DNA of 64,000 nt from positions 5,685,299 through 5,749,298 of the forward strand of contig NZ_CP051167.1 of assembly GCF_012295525.1 (NCBI RefSeq). Reading direction: 5' to 3'. Shown here in pieces: positions 59,721 through 64,000 of this stretch; positions within the stretch are counted from its first letter, which is position 1; each line of letters opens with the position of its first letter. The position numbers and the translations under genes are program-made. The DNA is from Oxynema aestuarii AP17. GTDB lineage: Bacteria > Cyanobacteriota > Cyanobacteriia > Cyanobacteriales > Laspinemataceae. Under the pieces are notes generated by a model. The model made no database searches. It was not told the origin of the DNA and was given only the letters and a program-made list of their open reading frames with translations.

Positions 59721-60794
59721 TTACTCGTCAATTTGCCACGGTTCGGCGGTAAAGCCTTCGTCCAAGATTCTTTTCGGACGCAGGACGAGAATTAACTGAC
59801 CGAGTAAGCGAGTTTCCGGTTGGGTTTCAAACCACTGTAATTCTAATTGACCGTTTTGTTCGATTAAAAAATAAGCGTCGTCTCGCCACTGGCGCTGGCG
59901 GCGATCGACGATCGCTAGTGTACGTTCGACTTTTCCCGGTAAGGGGTTCGGAAGGCGATCGCTCGCACAGGCGATCGCGACGGGATCTTCGGCTTTGAGA
60001 ATGACTTGCCATCCCGGAATCGAGACCCAGGCGGCGTTTCCGCTCGATTTAACGATTCCGAACGGTCCGATCTCTTCGAGAATCGGCACCGCTTTAAGAT
60101 CCTCGGCGGTTAACGGAAATTCGCCGACTACGGGGATCGTGCGCGGGAGTTCGTCGGAAGACTCCAGGCGGAACAGGGGCAGACGGGGGGCGCTGCGGCT
60201 TTTAACGACGGTGAAATCGGTGAGCAAATCTTGCAATTTTTGGCGGGCGCCCTCGGTTTCGGCGTAGTTCAAGCCTTTGGCAATCAGGCGCGATCGCTCC
60301 TGTAGGTCGGACTTCTGGCGGGCGTGTTTCCAGCATTGATAGGCGATCGCCTCCCCGGGTCCGGGACCGAAACCGTCGGGAAATTCGGAAAATCGCGAGT
60401 ATTCTTTGAGCGCTTTGGCAATTTCGTGGGCGTCGTCGGCGTTGAATTGGTGTTTGAGGATAAAATCCGCCGCCGCCGCGCGATCGTCTTGGGTCAGGAT
60501 CCGCAGTTCGTAGAGAATATCGCTGGCTTTCTGTTGAAAATAGGCTCGGGTGGCGTCGGCGGCGCCTCCGGCAACGATCGAGGCGTAGACTTGGGCGCCG
60601 ACAAGAATTTGATTTTGCTGGATCGGCTCGAATCCAGTTTCTTCAAAAATCTGTTGGGGACTGTAGCCCGCTTTTTGCAAGGTTTGACAGTGTTGCGCCC
60701 ACTCCACCCAGGTTCCCTCTTTGCGACGCAGAGCTTGGAATAGAGGGTCGGGAGCGATTTCGGCGGTGGGTTGTTCGGGGGGTGTGTTCGTCAT
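59721..60794 (-). CDS. raf1: RuBisCO accumulation factor 1
   Basis: N-terminal block LFQALRRKEGTWVEWAQHCQTLQKAGYSPQQIFEETGFEPIQQNQI is the hallmark of the cyanobacterial Raf1 alpha-domain. ~355 aa. Confidence 0.8.
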   Translation of the reverse strand: MTNTPPEQPTAEIAPDPLFQALRRKEGTWVEWAQHCQTLQKAGYSPQQIFEETGFEPIQQNQILVGAQVYASIVAGGAADATRAYFQQKASDILYELRILTQDDRAAAADFILKHQFNADDAHEIAKALKEYSRFSEFPDGFGPGPGEAIAYQCWKHARQKSDLQERSRLIAKGLNYAETEGARQKLQDLLTDFTVVKSRSAPRLPLFRLESSDELPRTIPVVGEFPLTAEDLKAVPILEEIGPFGIVKSSGNAAWVSIPGWQVILKAEDPVAIACASDRLPNPLPGKVERTLAIVDRRQRQWRDDAYFLIEQNGQLELQWFETQPETRLLGQLILVLRPKRILDEGFTAEPWQIDE

Positions 60795-60950
60795 AAGGCA
60801 CTATCGAGGGTCTTCCAAAATTTATCAGTTTATCGGCGATGTTCGTCAATGCGATCGCCGATCGCGTCGGCGCCGGACTCGAACCGCCACGGGGGGCGAT
60901 CGCGATCGGATTCTTTAAAATGAAGGGACAAATTTTGACAGGTGCATGTT

Positions 60951-61238
60951 ATGTCCGATCCCCATTCCGATCGCCCTCGCCATCGCTCTAAAGGCGCCCG
61001 CGATCTCGATCCCGAGAAATACGCCCGTTTGAAGGCGGAGGTCAAAGCTCCCTATCGGGGACTGCGCAAGTTCATTTACGGGGTTTGTGCGGCGTCCGGG
61101 GCGATCGGCGCCTTTGTCTTTTTCGCCAAACTGCTCGCCGGACGAGACCTCAGTTCGACGGTGCCGAATTTCTTCTTTCAACTCGGGGTCGTCGCGTTGA
61201 TGGTCTGGCTGTTTCGCATCGACCGGGAACGGAACTAA
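60951..61238 (+). CDS. DUF3493-like small membrane protein
   Basis: LKAEVKAPYRGLRKFIYGVCAASGAIGAFVFFAKLLAGRD ... LGVVALMVWLF pattern with two TMs. Identity is from memory of the family consensus. Confidence 0.45.
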   Translation: MSDPHSDRPRHRSKGARDLDPEKYARLKAEVKAPYRGLRKFIYGVCAASGAIGAFVFFAKLLAGRDLSSTVPNFFFQLGVVALMVWLFRIDRERN

Positions 61239-61581
61239 ACCCCAGGATTCACCGGGGGAGTCGGTCTCTCTCGGCTGAATGGGGCGATCGGTTGAAATTT
61301 TGTATTTTACTTTACACTCATTTATGAAAATTAATGATATGACTCGGCATTTGTTTATATTGTAAACCGAGGGTTCAAATGGCTTTTCAAAGGTGCAAGT
61401 GTTTGTCTATCTAGCTTTTAGCCGTTGGTAACTTGGCGATCCCCGGTCATTCAGTTAAAAAAATAAAGAAAATATTACGAAATTTAGTATTTCGCTATAA
61501 ATGAAGTCATAATGAAAGCGTTGCAGTTCAAATGGGGTCAGCCAATATATAGACCCTAACCATAAAAGCTCTGATAGTCAG

Positions 61582-61632
61582 CACGGGACGCCAGCATCGC
61601 GCGTATGAAGATGCTGGCGTCCCGTGTTTTTG
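61582..61632 (+). terminator. Strong intrinsic terminator: 17-bp perfect stem CACGGGACGCCAGCATC / GATGCTGGCGTCCCGTG followed by TTTTT
   Basis: Seen in sequence. The U-tract is on the + strand only. Confidence 0.65.
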
Positions 61633-61665
61633 AGTGGCGATCGCTGGAATTCGGAGGCGAACTCG

Positions 61666-63300
61666 TCAAGGAAGGCGAACTAAATAAGGAGAGGAGATCG
61701 GTTCCGCTTCACCCGCATTGACGAGGGCCTGATAGACAAAGGCGGCGACTTCGGCGCGGGTTGCTTCGCGATTGGGATTGAGGCGATCGCGCAGGGGATA
61801 GTTAACCACCAAGCCCTTAGCCGTCGCCCCCGCGATCGCCGTCGTCGCCCAATCGGGGATCGCCGAGCTATCTTGATAAACCGACAGCACCCCGGTTTCG
61901 TTCGAGCGCCAGTCCAAACCACTGACCAGAGCCACCAGCACCTGTACCCGAGGGATCTGCTGCTGGGCGCGGAATTCGTTGTTGGGGTATCCCCGCAGAA
62001 ATCCGCCCCGACAGGCGTTTAAAATCGCGTTGAAGCCCCAGAAACGGCTCGAAACGTCAGAAAAGGCCGAACACGACTGGCTCGCCGTAGGGGAGAAGGC
62101 TTGGTTGATAATCGCGGCAAACTGAGCGCGGGTGACGGGTTCGTTGGGGCGGAAGGTGCCGTCTTCAAATCCGGCGATAATTTTTTTGCTGGCGAGGGCT
62201 TCGATGTAGGGTTGGGCCCAGTGACCGACGACGTCGGGAAAACCGCGATCGACGATGACGGCGACGAAATCGACGGCGCCGGAGATGCGATCGCGATCGA
62301 TGTCGTTGCCGACGGCGACGATGGTATTGCTGGATGTGGCGTTGTAGAGGTCGTAGCGACCGTTATCGCGAATGTAGTTCTTGCCAGAATCTTCTGCCGT
62401 TCCCAAGTTCGGCGCCGCGTTGGCGATCGCCACGATCCCGTCGCGGACGTTATTGGTAATCGTGTTTTCTCGTAAAATCGGTTTTGCCGAACCGGAGACC
62501 ACGATCCCGTCATTGTTGCGGGTGATGCGGTTGTCTTCAATTCGCGGCGCCGCATCGCCGCCGACGGCAATCCCAAAACCAGTTTGGTCGAAGACGTTCC
62601 CGCGAATGATTCCGGTGGCGGTGCGTACGATCGAAATCCCGTTACCGTTGTTTTGAATGAAAACATTGCCTTCGACGGTCGGATTGGCGCTTCCGGTGAT
62701 GAAGATCCCGTCGCGCAAGCTGTTGGTAAAGGTATTGTTGGCGATCGTCGGGGCGCTCGATTCGATCCACAATGCGGTTCCCCGACTGCGAGGGTTGCTC
62801 AGGGTGACGCCGCGAAGGATACTGCCGTTTTTGGCGATAACTGTGGAACTCTGGCGGGCGAAGCTCGGACTGATATGGTCGCCGCCGCCGACGACGAGGG
62901 TGGTTTGACCTTTGGTGGTTTCGTCCCCGCGCAAGGTGACGCCGGAGGGGAGGACGATGGGAAAGGTTTCTCCGCTATCGGCGCTGTAGGTTCCCGGTGC
63001 GAGTTGAATGGTGGCGGGGGTGTTGAGTTGGCTGAGGGCGTAGGTAATCGAGCGATAGGGGGCGCCTTGGCTTTCTCCGGCTCCGGGGGTATCTCGACCC
63101 AAGGCGGAGTTGACGTAAACGATCGTGGTGTTGGAGGAGTTTTGGGCGAGGGGAACCGGGCGATCGAGCGATCGCGCCGGAGGGGCGACTCCGATCGAGG
63201 CGCCGAGGGGCGTGGCGAGCAGCAGTACGGTGGCGAGGAGGCGCCAGCTCCCCCGTGAGGGGGTCAGGGATGGCGAGGTCGGGGTGTTGGGGTAGGTCAT
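61666..63300 (-). CDS. Surface protein with signal peptide, right-handed parallel beta-helix repeats, and three C-terminal S-layer-homology (SLH) domains
   Basis: Repeated NxxxNNxxxGI beta-helix units (NNTFTNSLRDGIFITGS..., IQNNGNGISIV...). SLH consensus FPDVVGHWAQPYIEALASKKIIAGFEDGTFRPNEPVTRAQFAAII, seen three times. ORF track start is 63393; Met at 63300 is preferred. Confidence 0.75.
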   Translation of the reverse strand: MTYPNTPTSPSLTPSRGSWRLLATVLLLATPLGASIGVAPPARSLDRPVPLAQNSSNTTIVYVNSALGRDTPGAGESQGAPYRSITYALSQLNTPATIQLAPGTYSADSGETFPIVLPSGVTLRGDETTKGQTTLVVGGGDHISPSFARQSSTVIAKNGSILRGVTLSNPRSRGTALWIESSAPTIANNTFTNSLRDGIFITGSANPTVEGNVFIQNNGNGISIVRTATGIIRGNVFDQTGFGIAVGGDAAPRIEDNRITRNNDGIVVSGSAKPILRENTITNNVRDGIVAIANAAPNLGTAEDSGKNYIRDNGRYDLYNATSSNTIVAVGNDIDRDRISGAVDFVAVIVDRGFPDVVGHWAQPYIEALASKKIIAGFEDGTFRPNEPVTRAQFAAIINQAFSPTASQSCSAFSDVSSRFWGFNAILNACRGGFLRGYPNNEFRAQQQIPRVQVLVALVSGLDWRSNETGVLSVYQDSSAIPDWATTAIAGATAKGLVVNYPLRDRLNPNREATRAEVAAFVYQALVNAGEAEPISSPYLVRLP

Positions 63301-63539
63301 TGAAGATCGAGATCGAGATCGGGAGGTGAACAGAGTGTCATCGTAATTTTTCGAGGCGATCGGGGCAAAATCCTGAGAACTCGTTCCGGACAATTCCCGT
63401 CTGTGAGGACGGGCGTGTTAGGATCGAGCCTCGCACGGCGCGCCCCCGCGCGGGTTTGGGGCGATCGCGGCAGGGGCGATCGCCCCACGGCGTTCTAGAG
63501 TGTGGATTAATCGTTTATTCAAGTATGGTGGTCAAAAAA

Positions 63540-64000
63540 ATGCACTTTTCTCGGTGGATTGAGGGGGGGCGCTGGCCCCGGGCGATCGCCCTGACGGTGG
63601 CCTTGTGGGCGATCGGCAGCACCCAGGCGGTTTCGGCAGCCCAACGGATCGTCTTACTTTACGGACCGATGCGCGCGCCGATTTCCGTGGCGGAATTGAG
63701 CGATTTCGCCCGTACCGGAGAGCTGTCCCCGGCGTTGTCGGGCTATTTGGGACTGGCGAATCAGGAACCGGAGAAAGTGCGCGAGCATTTGACGAAATCG
63801 GTGCAAGTTAAAGCGGTCTTGCTCGATCGCGTTCTCAACCACCAACTCGGCGAGCGGCTCCTGCGGCAAGTGGGCCGAGGGTTACGGACGCCCTCGGGAG
63901 AACGCAACGAACAGGCGTTGAGAGCGGCGCTAGTGCTGTCGGCGAGCGACGATGACGAGATTCACTTGATGGAGATTTTGGAGAATTATCCGGCAGAATC
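63540..64000 (+). CDS. DUF1400-like protein (alpha/beta-hydrolase N-terminal module), 5' partial and running off the window
   Basis: Open frame from ATG 63540 to the window end. Signal peptide. Motif ...SVAELSDFARTGELSPALSGYLGL...AVLLDRVLNHQLGERLL resembles DUF1400. Confidence 0.45.
   Translation, partial: MHFSRWIEGGRWPRAIALTVALWAIGSTQAVSAAQRIVLLYGPMRAPISVAELSDFARTGELSPALSGYLGLANQEPEKVREHLTKSVQVKAVLLDRVLNHQLGERLLRQVGRGLRTPSGERNEQALRAALVLSASDDDEIHLMEILENYPAE

Overview
This 64-kb window is chromosomal DNA from a cyanobacterium. The inference rests on the very high density of HIP1 octamers (GCGATCGC) throughout, STRR-like heptamer repeats, and genes for Raf1, DUF760-, DUF3493- and DUF1400-like proteins, a DevB/DevC-type exporter and HstK-type kinases. 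GC content is about 50%. I call about 45 protein genes and one tRNA-Ala(CGC). I found no rRNA, CRISPR array, transposase or integrase. Most genes are housekeeping, envelope or transport functions: dnaN, era, raf1, a VanY/M15 carboxypeptidase, a GPH-family symporter, a YyaL-like thioredoxin-domain protein, a PhoD-like phosphatase, a WecB-family glycosyltransferase, an SLH/beta-helix surface protein, and a DevB-DevC-TolC-like exporter. Five regions stand out. (1) A roughly 14-kb signalling operon at 44241-58517. It holds two tandem paralogous ~1950-aa hybrid proteins (Ser/Thr-kinase-like domain, P-loop NTPase, GAF, PAS, His-kinase). The first has a 1-nt frameshift that cuts off its ATP-binding G2 box. 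They are followed, tightly linked, by a CheY-like receiver and a receiver-PAS-class III nucleotidyl cyclase that carries the same PAS module. (2) A membrane-anchored orthocaspase-like protein whose catalytic His and Cys are replaced by Tyr and Asn, with an internal 33-bp tandem-repeat array. (3) A tRNA-Ala whose 3' side carries a frameshifted and truncated type IIG restriction-modification or BREX-PglX-like gene remnant, an orphan arsS-like radical SAM gene, and 1.1 kb of non-coding DNA. (4) A 3.5-kb AT-rich, HIP1-poor insert with GT1, coiled-coil SAM-methyltransferase-like and SPL-family radical SAM genes. The last is translationally coupled to a resident Xi-class GST gene. (5) Several unexplained repeat clusters, including a TGTGGAAAAC direct/inverted array downstream of the cyclase gene and inverted (TTTAGAG)n heptamer tracts flanking dnaN-devB. 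All functional calls come from motif recognition by eye. No database search was possible.
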